From assembly GCA_030141605.1 (NCBI GenBank), contig JAQGDQ010000205.1, forward strand, positions 1-64,000: DNA of 64,000 bases. Reading direction: 5' to 3'. The position numbers were made by a program, and so were the translations under genes. Positions 41,701 through 55,530 of this stretch are shown piece by piece (the first letter of the stretch is position 1; each line of letters begins with the position of its first letter). The DNA is from Tubiluchus corallicola (taxonomy: Eukaryota; Animalia; Priapulida). The notes under the pieces were generated by a model, which saw only the letters and a program-made list of their open reading frames with translations, ran no database searches and was not told where the DNA came from.

Positions 41701-44700
41701 TCGAATACTCAAATTTTGTTAAACTTTCAAACCTATAAGTAGCTCAGTGAATCAACTAAGATTGGCAATGGCGCCTTTTTGTCACATGTGTGTGGCCGAC
41801 AAATAGAAGGCGGTACTGTGATACTCATGATCATGAACTGCAGTGTTAGTTTCTGACGTCATTTCGTGACATCACATTTTTAAAAGCAGTACTTACGCAA
41901 ACGTGCTTGACGCGCAAGGGAAGATGCCTGCCACTGCACAATCTATGGGTAGTTTCTGATGTAAGCAATAGCCATGTTCGGTTGCCGTTAATTAACTTAC
42001 CAAGAGAATTATTCAAATATAAGAAACAATTGCTGACTTTTATAGGCAAGAAAATATATATTTTGGACAGTAATTTAAAATGAGATTGAGTCTAAACAAT
42101 CGTCCGGTTTTCCTTCGATAAGCTTTCAGAATAATTTTGTGCAAAATTGATCTGTTATAAATTAGTTATGAGTTGCAAATGGACTTCATTGTCAGTAGTA
42201 TGTAGGGGATTGATACACCGACTTGATTCTTATTCCATTTGTGGACTTTATACAAGATTACATAGCCAAACTGGTAATTATTCTCTTATGTGCTGTCGGT
42301 AAAAATTTGGCATTTAATAATAACTCTTTTCCATTAGCATTTTCTGTGAAAACAGCGTCATATTTTACATATCTTAAACATTGGAATGAAATCAAAGTTG
42401 AGGTTTTGTGATTCCTTTTAGGTCTCTCGAAGATTGGAGTGGTTACCGCTCTAATTAATTTTAACTTGCGAGAAGACTCACTTGCACATTGCATTCAAGT
42501 TTCAAAAGCAAAAAGTTTAATATTTGGTGCTGAGCTAACTTCAGGTAAGTGTCACCTGAACTTTATTTTTTACAACCACTTATTTGTGTTACCTCAACTA
42601 AGTGAATATTTATTGCAGTTAGTTTTGTTCAGAAAATTAATAAAAAAACTGTATGACACTAAATTATTCGAATGTCTTATCTGAAATATGGAAAAAGAAT
42701 ATTTTAAAGTGTCACAAATAGCCGGGTGGTCACACGCACGTGCTTCACATAACCAAAGTTAAGCAATGCTGAAGCTAGTTACTGAATGGATCCTTGACAA
42801 ACTTTGAAAGATGTACATTTGTCCAGACAGCTGATTTGTTAATTAGCTAAGTTCTGGTCTTGCCCCAACCATCAGTGTTAAATAGGCCTTGATGAATGCT
42901 GGATTCTGGCTTGTCATCTATCATGTTAGGTCCATCTCGATAATCTGCAAAAGCTAGTAAGTTTCTTGCAGGCTTGTACATATGTAAAGCAGCACTTGAT
43001 CAATGATCAATGAGTTCCCATACTTTATTACATATGTACATAAAGATTATTGGTAAAAATATTTATTTGTAATCAGTTATGCTTTAAAGAAGAAGAATGA
43101 ATGTTTATGTTTTAATTTGATTATTGACATCTTGTTTATTTTACTAGCAACAAAAGTTATTCTACAGCAACTACAGGGAATGGACTTTCACTGCAGTGGC
43201 GGCTACAGCTCCGAATCTTCTTTTGCTAAAAACATGGACCAAGCCTTGAAGAGTGTCACTGACATGCCACCTCCATTTTATCAATTACCAAAATTTACAG
43301 GTGCCATTCATAAGAGTGTAATACATAAGAACCTTTTATTTCAAAAATTCATTTTGACTAATTTTTCCCTTAACTGTTGACAAAGCTGCTACATATTTTT
43401 TGAAAATTTCCTCTTATAATAACACTCTAATAAAAGCAGTCTTCCTTTCAACTGAATTCATAGACTGACGAAAAGTTATGAATTAGCATTTTCTTTTAAT
43501 CCTCCTAGAATGATTTTTCAATTTCTCAACACTGTCTTTTTAAAAACAGTTTCTTTTATAGAAAACGTTTGAAACCTGCTGGTTTGCACAGTTTTATCAT
43601 TCGTGCTAAACAGCAATATAGTTACTATGGTTTCTTAACATATAAGATTGTTAATCAGTCATGCAGCAATCACATGAATAATCCAGCAAACAAGTAAAAA
43701 TTACTTTCTTGAACACATAAAACAAGTACAAACCTATTTAGAAGCACTCTGCATTTGTAAAGCTCAGCTGGGCTGTTTAGTTATCTTTTAATAAATTATT
43801 GAAAATGATGAATGCTGTCCAAATTTAAAAATTGACTACTTTGAATTGCTGCTTTTTAACACTGTTTATAAGTCTACAGTTTCTAAATAACTGCATGCAT
43901 TATTCATTTTGTCTGTCTTTATATCTCTCTTCAGATCCGCTTTTCTACATATACACTTCTGGAACTACAGGATTGCCAAAAGCAGCTGTCATCAGCCACT
44001 ATAGGTAATTATGACACTTGTAATTGGCCATTTATTTGCTACATGATTATGACAATAAAACAATAAACTTTTGCATCATTGCAACATTTTAAAAATGAAT
44101 TTGCCGTCAGATTTCAAACATTAGTACAGGCTAATCTCTTTAAACCGCCTATTTTGGGGCTCCAGAAAGGTTGGCATTAGGCAAGTTTGTCATTTAAACG
44201 AGGTGCATTAATCCATAGATATATATGCAAATATAGACATTTTGGTTTGCTAAACATCTGGGCATTAAGCACAGTTGATGTTATAAAGGGATTATTTTAA
44301 AGAGATTTGACGTGTGATATTTTTGATACATGTTGCATTTAGTAGAAATAGAGATACAGTAGATTTAGTGGCATATTGGGTGCAGGTAAAATCTGTAGTT
44401 TTTCATATGATGCACGTTTTTGTCAAATTTTTGTCTTTGTCTCGTCCTCACTAGTACTATTCTCAATCTTGATCTTGAAGCCTGTTTTTGTCTTTCTGAT
44501 GGGTGTAGAAGCTAGCTTTGGGAAAGTTAGCAATATTGATAATTATCGATTATCATATCAATATAAAAAATTAATTTTTATTGTTATCGTATCGATATTA
44601 TTCTAGGAATATCACTTTCGTATCAAATTTAGTGTGTATCGCTGCATAGCACTCACCATTATAAAATCAGTTTACTTTGCAATATTAATTTATGCATTAG

Positions 44701-47700
44701 AATTGAGCAAAAATGAAAAAAAGAGTTATTTCTAAGGTTATTTCGAATAATCTACTTGTTCTTTCTTCCTGCAATAACAGCTGCCTTTAGTTGGTTTACT
44801 CGCACACGTATAACAAGTGAGGTGTTTTTAGAGGCATTGTCCTTTACTCGCAGGCAGTACAACTCACATCTGGTAATATATTTGCCTGTCGTAGTTCACA
44901 TTTTTATATTATTTTATGACTAGACAATGAAGAGAACTTTATCATGAATTTCATGTATCTATACATTAATTGTGAAACAGCCTGTAAAAAATAGGATGTC
45001 GCAATATGATGAGACTCCTTGCGCAAAACTAACCACACATTCAGTATCGTTTTATCATACGAAATAATTTGTCATGTAGTATCATCTGGAAAACAGATTA
45101 TCGTTACTGAAAAATGGATTATGGTTATCATATCATTGGAAAAAGGTTTGGCAGTATATGGTTATCGCATCGGCTATCGTGTATCGTTTAACATCACTAG
45201 CTAGCTTATATGATTGTCCATTTCCTGTATTATGCTTCTTTGTGAGTATAGTGACCTGTGCAAAAATATTTGTAATGAAAATAACCACAAATATTTTAAG
45301 ATTGAAATTTCTCTGCTCACAAGCTTGTTTCTTAAAGGTTTGCTGCCATGGCAAAGAGCCTGCAGGCGCTGTATGGACTTCATGGAAATGACATCATTTA
45401 TGTGGTCATGCCACTTTATCATTCCGCAGCTGGTATCGTCGGCGTTGGTCATCTTATTATCTCCGGGACGGCACTTGCAATACGAAAAAAATTTTCAGCC
45501 AGCAATTTTTGGGATGACTGTATAAAATACCATGCTACTGTAAGTTAAAATTCAAAGTTATCCTCGTGCAACATTCTTCGGGCCATTTCACAGTAAGGAC
45601 TCAGGGAAAAATGACACTGAAATCTGTCAGAAAGTCAGAGAATTTTCTAAAAATTTTCGATTTTTCTCAAAATTCCATGCAACAAGAAAGTTCATTTCAC
45701 AGTGAAATCACGCATTTTTTTTCCGTATGTCCAGTTAGCTGCAGCTACTATGCGAGATTTATATCGTATAACCATGGTTAAATTAACTTATACTTGGGTT
45801 ATTTCTCATATACAAAGTACAATTAATAATGTTAGTCAGCCTGTTAAATGAGAGATTAAGTATTATAATTTTGTGCTGAAATGTGTTAATTGATGTTCAT
45901 TAAATAAGAAAGAAATAATTGAATATATTAGTTTAAGAATAAATTCCACAAGGATTCCTCGCGAAAATGAAATGTACAGTATTTCTGTGGCAAATTTCCT
46001 TATGAGAAGGATGCATTGTATCTATCTGGCAGTAGAATTCTTCACAAGAAATTGCATGAGGAATTTTGCCATGTGTTCTCACTGTGAAATGGGCCTTAGA
46101 CTGATCTCAACATTAAGTGTTTGCGTAACCTGCATTTTGTAGGGCCCAAAACTGTAGTGAACGAAATAGCTGTTTTTGCAAAAACTGTTGACAGCAGGAA
46201 AACAGTTTTCTTTGCTTTGCATTTCAAAAATGCATTTATGTTTAATTGTGAACTGAAAGCATTGGATGTTAGTGCTTAAGCAACACAGAAACAACATAAA
46301 TAGAATTTGATTCAACTGTCACAAATATGCGAATTCGAAATCTTAAACGGTTAAAGCATTTTATAAAATCAAATTAAAGTCAGTTGAATTAAGATCAAAA
46401 GATGTTTGTTTGTTATATTTTTTCTTTTCACAGGCTTTTCAGTACATTGGTGAAATATGCCGATACCTTCTTGCTCAGCCCATAAAACCCCAAGAAAAGC
46501 AGCACAAAATACGTCTTTGCTTGGGAAACGGTCTCCGTCCTCAAATCTGGACAACATTTAAAGAGCGATTCAACATTGGGCGCATTGGAGAATTTTATGG
46601 GGCAACAGAGGGCAACTCAAATATTGGTAAACAATTTATGCTAATGTTTTGATAAACTAAATGCAGTAATTATTATCAGTAACTGTTATTGATACTTTTC
46701 ATTCTATTGATAACAGTTACTCAAGTAACTCAGTAATAGTTACTACTGACTAAATAAAGATAAATAAATAGCTAGTAGGGATTTTCAAAACTTAAAGCAA
46801 AATAATTATTAAAAATTTGTTCTCTAGTTGCTATTAAATATTTAAAATTAATGTTAAAAATGCCCAACAATGAGTAATTGATTATTCATTCTTAATATTT
46901 TTTTCTTATGTACTTAAATAAATGAATTTTGAATTAAGTTTTAGAAAGATACTTAAATAACTAATGGGGTTTCCTTTTTCGTTAAATGTCATTTCAAAAT
47001 AAAATTAAAAATTTGGTCTGTAGCTACGCTAAATATTTTAAATTAGTGTTAAAGAATAAATTAAATAAAATGGCATTCAGAAGCAAAGTCAGATTATTTG
47101 CTTTGTGTAATCATTTCATGGTTAGTAGGCTTGAATGAAATATTTGTCTGTTTTTCATTATTCTTCCTGAAATTTACTTTCACTGATGCCTAATCTTGTG
47201 TTAAAAGTCTGTTTGAAAAAGAGCATATGTTTGTGCTCTGTAGATTGTACAGTATTTGTGACAAATTTTAGTTCTGAACTTGTTTAGTGCTTGTTTGTAA
47301 GCACTGTTGAAATATTTTCAAGCCTTTGGTTGTTTTTTTGACTCGTAAATTTGGAATATAAGATACTGAATCTGCAGTAACTGCAAACGTTTATAAGTTC
47401 TAGGGATGTCACGAATCTGAAATTATCAAATCCAGATCTACTCCAAACCTAATTTTCATAATAATTTTCGAATCAGAATCTCACGTTAAAATAATTTTCG
47501 AATCTGATCGAATTCGAATCTCACCTTGAACCGGATCGAAAATGAATCTCGGTTTAGAACAATTTTTGAAATTGCATCAAATTCAAGTATCAATTTTTCA
47601 GATTGTTCTTTCATTGGAATCTTAGAATGTCAGTGACTCGAATTGGATCAAACCTCCCATTCGGATGCGGTTTCGAAGCTGTGGTTTTGTCGGAGCTTCG

Positions 47701-50700
47701 TGACATCCCTAATAAGTTTATACTGTCTACACTACTTATGCAGTCTAGCAATGTGTGTTGTTTTATGTATTTGCAGCAAACACAACAGGTAAAGTGGGTG
47801 CCGTTGGTTTCAAATCTGTGATATTTCCAAGAGCATATCCAGTAACTCTCATCAAAATTAATGAGGAAACAATGGAGCCGGTGAGAGACATTTATGGCCT
47901 GTGCATTGAATGCAAACCAGGTAAGTTTAAGTTCATTACCGTAAAGAGCATCCATAGAGAAAAGTTGAATTTTTCAGTTTCTGATGACTGTCATTTTCTG
48001 TCAATATTCTTTTTATTGGATCAGTTTTCCTTCACCTCAAGAGCAATAATCAAAATTAAAAATATCTTTATTAACATCCTCCGTGTTTCATCCTGCTCAG
48101 GGCTTTATCAGGAACTATAAAATAAATCAAATCCAGCATTATTCATTTAAACTCAGTTTCCTGAAAATTACACATTATGCAGTGATTTTCAATTAAAAAC
48201 ATTTCAGAAACTCACAAGAATTGGTACAAAATTTCACAGATGTTGTTTTATTTGTTTTATAGTCGCTGATGATGAAACCTTGGCTAGAGTGAAACACGTG
48301 TAGGATGTTGCTAAGGATATGTGATCAATTTGGCCAGATAATTTGTATTAAAGATATCAAAAATTCGTTTTTGCGGTGATTATGGCACTGTCTAAAAAAA
48401 GTCCAAACATGCATTCTAAGAAAACTTAAAGTAGCACTCTCTTTGAACTAACATACGTAAAGAAAAGGCCGAAAATTTGCTTTTTTAACTTAGTTTTGCA
48501 ATGCAATTTTCTGACGACGGAAATTCTTCAAACTCTACATGTGTTTGAACTGCAACATACCTGACGGATGTTGTACTGTAAAGTATTGTTTGACTTTAAG
48601 TACAGAGTTATGTTTATTGGTATTGGTTGAACTTGCTGCCATATGAACTAAGAATTTGCACTGATTTTTTTTAAATTTAAGTTAATAACTCACTTGTTCT
48701 TAAAAGCTTTTTGTGGTTCCTGAATTCTATTTTAACTTACCTTTATAAGTTCATAGTGTTAATTCTATAAATTGTGAATTGAAAACTTAGTTGTTTAAAT
48801 GTTTGCATTCTTCTTAGAGATTTTTTAGCTTAATGCAAGTTTTTTGATATTTTTTTATCTAAATTGAAAACTCACTGGTTTTAGCGTTTTTATTTTCTTG
48901 ATGTATGTTGGACCCATTTTACACATTTTATAATTTTAGGTAAATTTATTATCTTAGTAGTATGTGATGTTAGAATTGTACCTATTGTAAAGCATGCCAG
49001 AACATGTAGATATGGATCGTACGTATAGAAAAGTAAAATAAACTTAATTTGAACTTAGAGTTTTTAATGACCTCTTATTCATGCACTTGTCTTCTATATT
49101 GCTATTTTAACATAGGTGAGCCAGGTTTGATGGTAGGCAAAATTGTTTCGAGCAATCCACTACGAGCTTTTGATGGATATGTTAACAAAAGTGCAAATAG
49201 GAAGAAGGTCTGCCACGATGTATTCTCTAAGGGAGATAAGTTTTTTATGACAGGTATGTTTGTTTAACACATTTCATAGTTGATAATTCATCCTTGCCAA
49301 GCAGTAGCATGGTAAATTTGATAACACAGAGAGGTACTTGATTAGTGTCTTTTTTTGCTTGTCACAATGGAAGCCAGGATTTAGCACTCAGTGGCAGGGC
49401 CTTTTTAATGTACATGACTGGAATATAGATAACTAACAAAGTCACTGAGCCTGCAAATGTATCTTTCCTACATTTAAATGCATTCACATTTATGCTTATT
49501 CTCCCTTAATGCTGTAAATACCATAGACACTCTGCAGTCTACAAGCAACTTTCCAGGCAGTCACCTATCTGTTTAATAAGCAGGTTTGGCACTGCTTCAT
49601 TTTCTTAGCCAAGCACAGATTTTGACCACTCAGCAGGATTTCTCAGTCACTTGACAGTAACTTAGTAATTTTAGGGGGGTCGCTTAAAATATGCCAGCAA
49701 TGTTGACCAGTAACATTCTTAAAAAAATGTTTTGTGTCTATTTTGTCTTTCTCAGCTTTTCAAGAGTATTGACGTCTCTGGAAATAACTTGCTAATGTGA
49801 TGGTATATTACAGCTGAAGTTTCATGCTTGAACTTGATGAACTGGAGTGAATATGTGAATTTATATATGAATATATAGTGAATTTATTGCAAGACTATAA
49901 AATCCAATTTCACTTTTTCTATTTCCTGTTTGCTTCCGGTTTTAACAGAACTCTAGAAAAAGTCTCGTTATTTTTACGGCAGAGGTCAACAATTTGAACT
50001 TTAAAGCACAAGAAAAAACACTTTTCATTAATTAAGCTTAAAATAGTTGTCTTTAAATCACTTAACTTGCTGTTTTATTGCACTTAGGGCTTGCATTGGC
50101 AGTAACTCTGTGTTTACTTGTAAACTAAACTCTTGCGATAACGTTAGGTCCAGCCATTTAAAGCAAGTATAGATAACATTGCATGAAGTTTGAAGTAATA
50201 ATTAGAACATTCATCGCATAGTATTTGCTCATTATGCAAAAGTATAAATTACTTTATTCTTATCGTTCAGGTCAAATTATGTATTTTGATCTGCGGTGCA
50301 CACTAGGATGGTGATACGGTGATTACCAGGAGGTGCAAATATTTTAGATTATTAAGAATTTTCTTTTCCAATTACATGAATCTTTCAAACAGGTAAGAGT
50401 CGGGTAATAAGAGCCAAATAATATAACTTTGTATTGAAAGTTTTTTGGGATATATTTCAAAAATTCCCTTTTTTCCCTTTTAAATTAGTGGGTGTAAGAA
50501 AACAACTAAGTAATACGTAATTTATCATGTTGCAGTTATCTGGATTAGTTAATAGACACGAATTCGGTTTTATTATAAAGTGTCAAAATAAAAGTTATTT
50601 GCAGTTCGGTGTTAATTTATTATTAGGTGATGTTCTTGTGATGGATGAGTACGGGTATTTCTTTTTCCGTGACCGCACTGGAGATACGTTTAGGTGGAGA

Positions 50701-53206
50701 GGGGAGAATGTCTCAACCACCGAAGTTGAAGCGGTTATCAGCAATATTGTCGGCCTAAAAGACGTCGTGTCTTATGGCGTTGAAGTCCCAGGTTAGTGCT
50801 AGACGATATCTTACTGTTAATATGCACAATAACTTCATTGATGCCTTTACCATATCATTTATGGGAGTGTTAGTCAGTCTTACATTTCACTGCACTTTAA
50901 TTTCATGCAAAATGTATATTGGTCTTTGCTTTTGGTTTCATTTCTCTGACAAAAAATCTTGATTAAATTAGAAACTGAAATTTTTATTTGAGTGTTAAAT
51001 TTTTATTTATTATTATTTGTTTTACATTTATTTCAGTACATGAAAAGTAGCATAGAATAATAAACAAAGCTTAGTTTAAAATCACAATTAAAAATATTAC
51101 TGAAAGACAAGCAAAGTAGATATTTACACAAAGAACAGATAATTAGTAAGTTAAATGTGTAAAAAAGGGTTAGTAAGTGTATATTCCCAATGGACAAAAA
51201 TATTCAAAGTTAAAATGATATCAATATTAAGAATAAAACTGCATAGGACTTTATTGCTTGAATTGAAAACTCACCGACGAAGGATAAAAATACCCATTAC
51301 TATTATTTGAACACAGGTAAAACATGGCTTGTTTCTGCTAACAGTAAAAATGCATTTTTATTACATTTTACCTTTCATTTAATTAATCTCTGGTAGATAC
51401 GTTGTGTTTTGGTAAACTGGGATCAGTTATTTTAGACTGGGAGTAGTTGTTGACATCACAATATTTTCTTTTGCAACAAAGATTTATTACCGATGTTGCC
51501 GCTTCTGATTCACTTTAATTTCGTAGGTGTAAAAAAGGAATTCACATATTACACTGTTCTTTTGTTTCATAGCAAAATCAGAAATTCTCCAATATTTGAT
51601 TCCTAGATACACCTCTCTAGAGTTTTACACAAAATAATAAAAGCCGTTGAAGCCAGACTTTCTTTTCCACCTTGAATGAAAACACAGAATGTGTTTGACC
51701 TCACAAAGCACAATAACACTTGCTGCAAGTCTGAGATATGTGATTTTTAGTTTTATTGATGTCATAGCAATAACATTTCTAATAAGTGAAAGGTAAAATT
51801 ATATACGAAGGGGAATGTTGTAATGAATAATTACTGATGCAAATTATTGAATCATACAAGAAACACTTTTATAATGCTTCACTGGGCACAAAACTTTTGT
51901 GGTTATTTTCATTCTTTTCATTTATTTTCAGACAAAGTACCTGATTGCATTAATAATGTTGGTTCTTTTCAATGTCTTTGAATTAAAACTGTTACAATTG
52001 CTTAATTTATTATCATGAGTTTAGGTGCGGAAGGAAAAGCTGGGATGGCTGCAATAGTAGATCCCGAAGGAACGTTAGACTTGCACAAACTCTCATCAGA
52101 TATTAAAACAAAGCTGCCATCATACGCTCGACCACTATTCTTACGCATCATTCCTCAAGCAGATCAAACAGGTACTGTCTGTACGTTATGACAGTTGTTT
52201 CATGTAATTATGAATGTTGTGAGTTGTGCAGTACATTCATATTACTATATGTTTTGTATTCACATATTCCTGAAATTGCTATTATTTATTTATTTATTCA
52301 GATTTCTTATTATATTTTTAATATTGATCAGTGGTTACTGGTAAATTACATGGACAGCATTCTTCCCCAGTTTAAATGCTTCAGGCAATGGCATATTGGG
52401 TCTGCAGAAGATTACCTTATTTTTAATTGGCCTTGTGAGGACAATGAATTATCAATAGCACATGCTTAATGTACTTGCTATGTGCATCCAGATGTGGTCA
52501 AGTCAGTTTAGTAAAGCCACAGCTGGTGGTATTAGATTTGTAACTTCTCAAGTGGCTGTCTATCTTATAGGGAAGGTTTTGTGTAAATACTAAGTAGGTT
52601 CTTTTTACAGTTTTTTATCTTTGCCTAGAACTGCTGTTTACATGCAAGTTTGCCATCTACTACATACACATTGCTCTTTATTACATTACAAAGTGCTTCT
52701 GTATGTTATTAGCACAAGTTTGACAACAATGTTGTATGTTAAGCTTTTGATTGCTTATATGTGAGGTGATACTTGCTAATCAAAATGATATATTAATCGT
52801 CATTATTGTCATGTACCTTGACCGCACATTTGCTTGAGAAAATCGCCCTTTGATTTTGGATATAAATGGCTTAATGACATAAGTACTTAGAGTCTATTGT
52901 CAGTCTTCTAGACTGCTGTAGTCTGCACTTAAAAATATTCAGAATTGCTCTTCTCTTGAATATTGTCACAAGTAGGTTTGTTGGTTGCCATCTTGTTTAT
53001 TTATATCTAAATATTGTGATTATTTTAATCAGTATTTAAATGATTTAGGCACTTACAAGTTTAAGAAGATGGATCTGTGCAGGGTCGGTTTTGATCCAAA
53101 CCTGACATCTGATAAACTCTTCTTTTTGGACCAAAAATCAGGAACATACGTACTGGTAACTCAAGCCCTGTCAGAGGACATATGTAAAGGAAAAATACGA
53201 TTATAG
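36068..53206 (+). CDS. Long-chain fatty acid transport protein / very-long-chain acyl-CoA synthetase (FATP1/4-like, SLC27A), 643 aa. Exons 36068-36240, 40388-40538, 41158-41272, 42422-42544, 43148-43300, 43935-44004, 45338-45539, 46434-46626, 47777-47920, 49116-49253, 50627-50791, 52025-52171, 53049-53206
   Basis: AMP-binding [50 protein letters not shown] and the FATP signature [35 protein letters not shown]. All introns are GT-AG, phases are compatible, total 1932 nt. Confidence 0.96.
36770..37335 (+). repeat. Tandemly amplified ~85-bp unit resembling a Helentron/DINE-1-like element head
   Basis: Three units of CTCCTCARYGAAGTRKGCAACTATARAGTT...GTCTGTCCGTCAACTTTTTTG plus a later partial copy; GTCTGTCC microsatellite-like core. 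Confidence 0.6.
39120..39450 (-). mobile_element. RTE-clade LINE 3' end
   Basis: [37 protein letters not shown] matches the RTE RT C-terminus (RW.GHV.R......K.AL....GKRPRGRP..TW); TGATGATGGTGATG tail. Confidence 0.75.
44127..44314. mobile_element. Old Tigger-like MITE
   Basis: TA|CAGGCTAATCTCTTTAAA ... TTTAAAGAGATTTGACGTG degenerate TIRs. Confidence 0.5.
47401..47711. mobile_element. hAT-superfamily MITE
   Basis: Perfect 15-bp TIRs TAGGGATGTCACGAA / TTCGTGACATCCCTA; 8-bp TSD ATAAGTTC / ATAAGTTT; internal CGAATC repeats. Confidence 0.9.
48061..48322. mobile_element. Inverted ~70-bp repeat, each arm carrying a minimal type-I hammerhead-like motif (Penelope pLTR-like)
   Basis: Plus arm: TTTTATAGTCG-CTGATGA-...-GAAAC-ACGT-GTA-GGATGTTGCTAAGGATAT. 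Reverse complement of 48061-48130: TTTTATAGTTC-CTGATAA-AGCCCTGAGCAGGAT-GAAAC-ACG-GA-GGATGTTAATAAAGATAT. Confidence 0.6.
49537..49625 (-). pseudogene. 5S rRNA-derived fragment, possible SINE3 head
   Basis: Minus strand GAAGCAGTGCCAAACCTGCTTATTAAACAGATAGGTGACTGCCTGGAAAGTTGCTTGTAGAC resembles the 3' half of 5S (GATGGGTGACCGCCTGGGAA...TGTAGRC). Weaker plus-strand hits at ~40855-40910 and ~42750-42795. Confidence 0.55.
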
Positions 53207-54310
53207 TCCAGACACATTTGTTTCTCTTGAGGACTTTGCCAATATATTAATACAGCACTGTTGTGTTAAGTTGTAGTTTTGTGATGTTAGTGGCACTGTG
53301 GACTAGATACAATTGTATTATTCGTTAGTAATCGCATTTTGCTACAAAATATGACTTTTTGTACACTACGCAAGGCCTCAGACATCATGGCATTAAACAG
53401 CTAGAATTATGTCAAAAAATTAACAACATTTTCTAATACTTAAATGCCACACACTAAAAAATATGGATTTCTCTAACGACTATACAAAAATGCCCACATT
53501 TTAAATGTTTATATATGTTTTTTTAATTTTGCTAAACATGCAGACTTTATACTGTTTTTTAGATCTTTTCAAGCCTTACAAATCCTACTGTATAACATAG
53601 TAGTTTATAGTGATAATTGCCAGTTGTGTAATGTAGTTAACTTATAGGCCAAAATTCAAATTTGCAAAACTGGTACATGGAAAAAATGAAACAGCAGTAA
53701 GCATTTTGCAGGATTTGGCTACCAGCCATACTTTTCTTGAGCAAAGGAGAAATGACCTTTATTCGAAATATTGGAAAGAATTGTACCACACTCCCCACTC
53801 ATATTCTCATAACACGAGAAGTGCCTCCGCCTTACTCCTTTGTTCTGTGTAGGCAATTTGATGAGTTCTGCCACCCGATATTACAACTTGCTCAGATTAC
53901 CAATTACTCAAGAGTCTACAGCTTTTCCTAAATGCACGTCTGCATTTGTTTACTTAGGAAGGTAATGTTATCATGGAATCCTTCTTCAAAAACTGAATAT
54001 GTTTAAAGACATTAGTTTTTAGTTGCTACTGAAAAATAACAATGAGATTATAAATTCCGATTTTGCCTTCTTCCCCGTGAACATAAATGAAATATATTCG
54101 ACATGTGAAGTGCATTTATATTTGCAATTGTATGTCATTTACAATTCACAGTATTGGTGTCAACTTTATGTATGTCATTTACCGTCTCATTTACTATAAA
54201 TAATAACAAATGACATGAGTGACGAAACATTTTCCCTAAGTTTTGTATCAAACTAAAATAGAAAAATGTAGGTCTGTGCATTGTAGCAATATGTTAATAT
54301 AGTACGTTTT

Positions 54311-54316
54311 AATAAA
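54311..54316 (+). terminator. Probable SLC27A polyadenylation signal
   Basis: AATAAA followed by TTTTATGTTTTGTG. Confidence 0.45.
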
Positions 54317-54794
54317 AAACGCAATATTTTATGTTTTGTGACTGTCTCTGGCTTTCTGCTGATTCTTGAGTGAAATGATTATTTATAAATGCATAAACAA
54401 ATGTTTGAAAACATGTAGCTTTTTAAAACTGCTTGGAAACACTAGGTTCTAGTAGTATACACACAAACTGGTGCAGATTGTATTCGACTTTTATAATATG
54501 CCATATAAACAGCTTGTTTATATTGGCCATTCAGGTTAGGAGACAAAAATCGAATGACTAGATACTTTTCTTGAAGGACAACTGCCCCCCTCCCCCCAAT
54601 CCACAGTGAAATGACAACGATGTGCACATTGACTGTTTTCACACAGGTAGCTACTAGGTGTTGAAAAATGGGATTGCACTGCACTGCACAGAGCTTCCAA
54701 AACAGCCTTTGACCGCTGTACTGGAATGTTGCACACAAAGCCATTATTTACAATTGTCTAGCAGAAAGGATATCAAATTAGTTAACTAGAGATA

Positions 54795-54986
54795 CAGATA
54801 AACCTTGCCATAATGCTACCCCCTTTACAATGCCAACCTCGCTTAACGCCCAAAGTTTTTGGCAAAACAAAGTGTCTACATTTGCACATACACGTATCAT
54901 ACATACACTTCGTTATAATGCTAAGCTCGCCATAACGCGAATTTTTTTAGTAGTCCCAAAGTAGGCGATATAAAGAGGTCTCACTC
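54795..54986. mobile_element. Old Tigger-like MITE
   Basis: TA|CAGATAAACCTTGCCATAA ... TATAAAGAGGTCTCACTC, with internal CTCGC.(T/A)TAACGC repeats. Confidence 0.5.
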
Positions 54987-55039
54987 TAAATATTTTAAAG
55001 CACAAACATTCAAAATGTTGACTGTACATGCTTGTGTTA

Positions 55040-55530
55040 TTATGAATAAAATAATCTCACGGCTAAAAACAAGGAAAAAGAAATGGTACAACATTTCCAA
55101 TCAGTACCACTGTATTTCATCTCCAGATGAACAAAAAAAGAGAGAAAAAAATCATTAGAATTAGTGAAACTACTGAACTATTTATTGGGAGGTTTTTGTT
55201 TATATTTTAACACATAAAAAGAATATCATACATAAAAAGTATATCACACTAAAAAAAGATATCGCACAAAACAGAGCGAGATAAGACAAATATTTTTGTT
55301 GCATGGATAGTGATTTTATACTTTCTCCTCGTATTTTATCTGCGGTGCTTGTGTTTTTCTCTCCACTGTCAATAATGTAAACAATCTCCCAGAAACTTAG
55401 TTCAGTAATTCTAATAAATTCTTGTGATTTTTTTTCTCGTTTTTTTTTTGTTCGCCTGAAACTGCAGTGGTAGTTTGAAACACTGTGCCTTCTTTTTCTC
55501 GTTTTTTTTGTAGAATTTTTTTATTCATTA
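55040..55530. repeat. Foldback element with ~170-bp inverted arms
   Basis: ATGAATAAAA...CTACTGAACTATTTATTGGGAGG inverted against CTCCCAGAAACTTAGTTCAGTAA...TTTTATTCAT. Confidence 0.7.
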
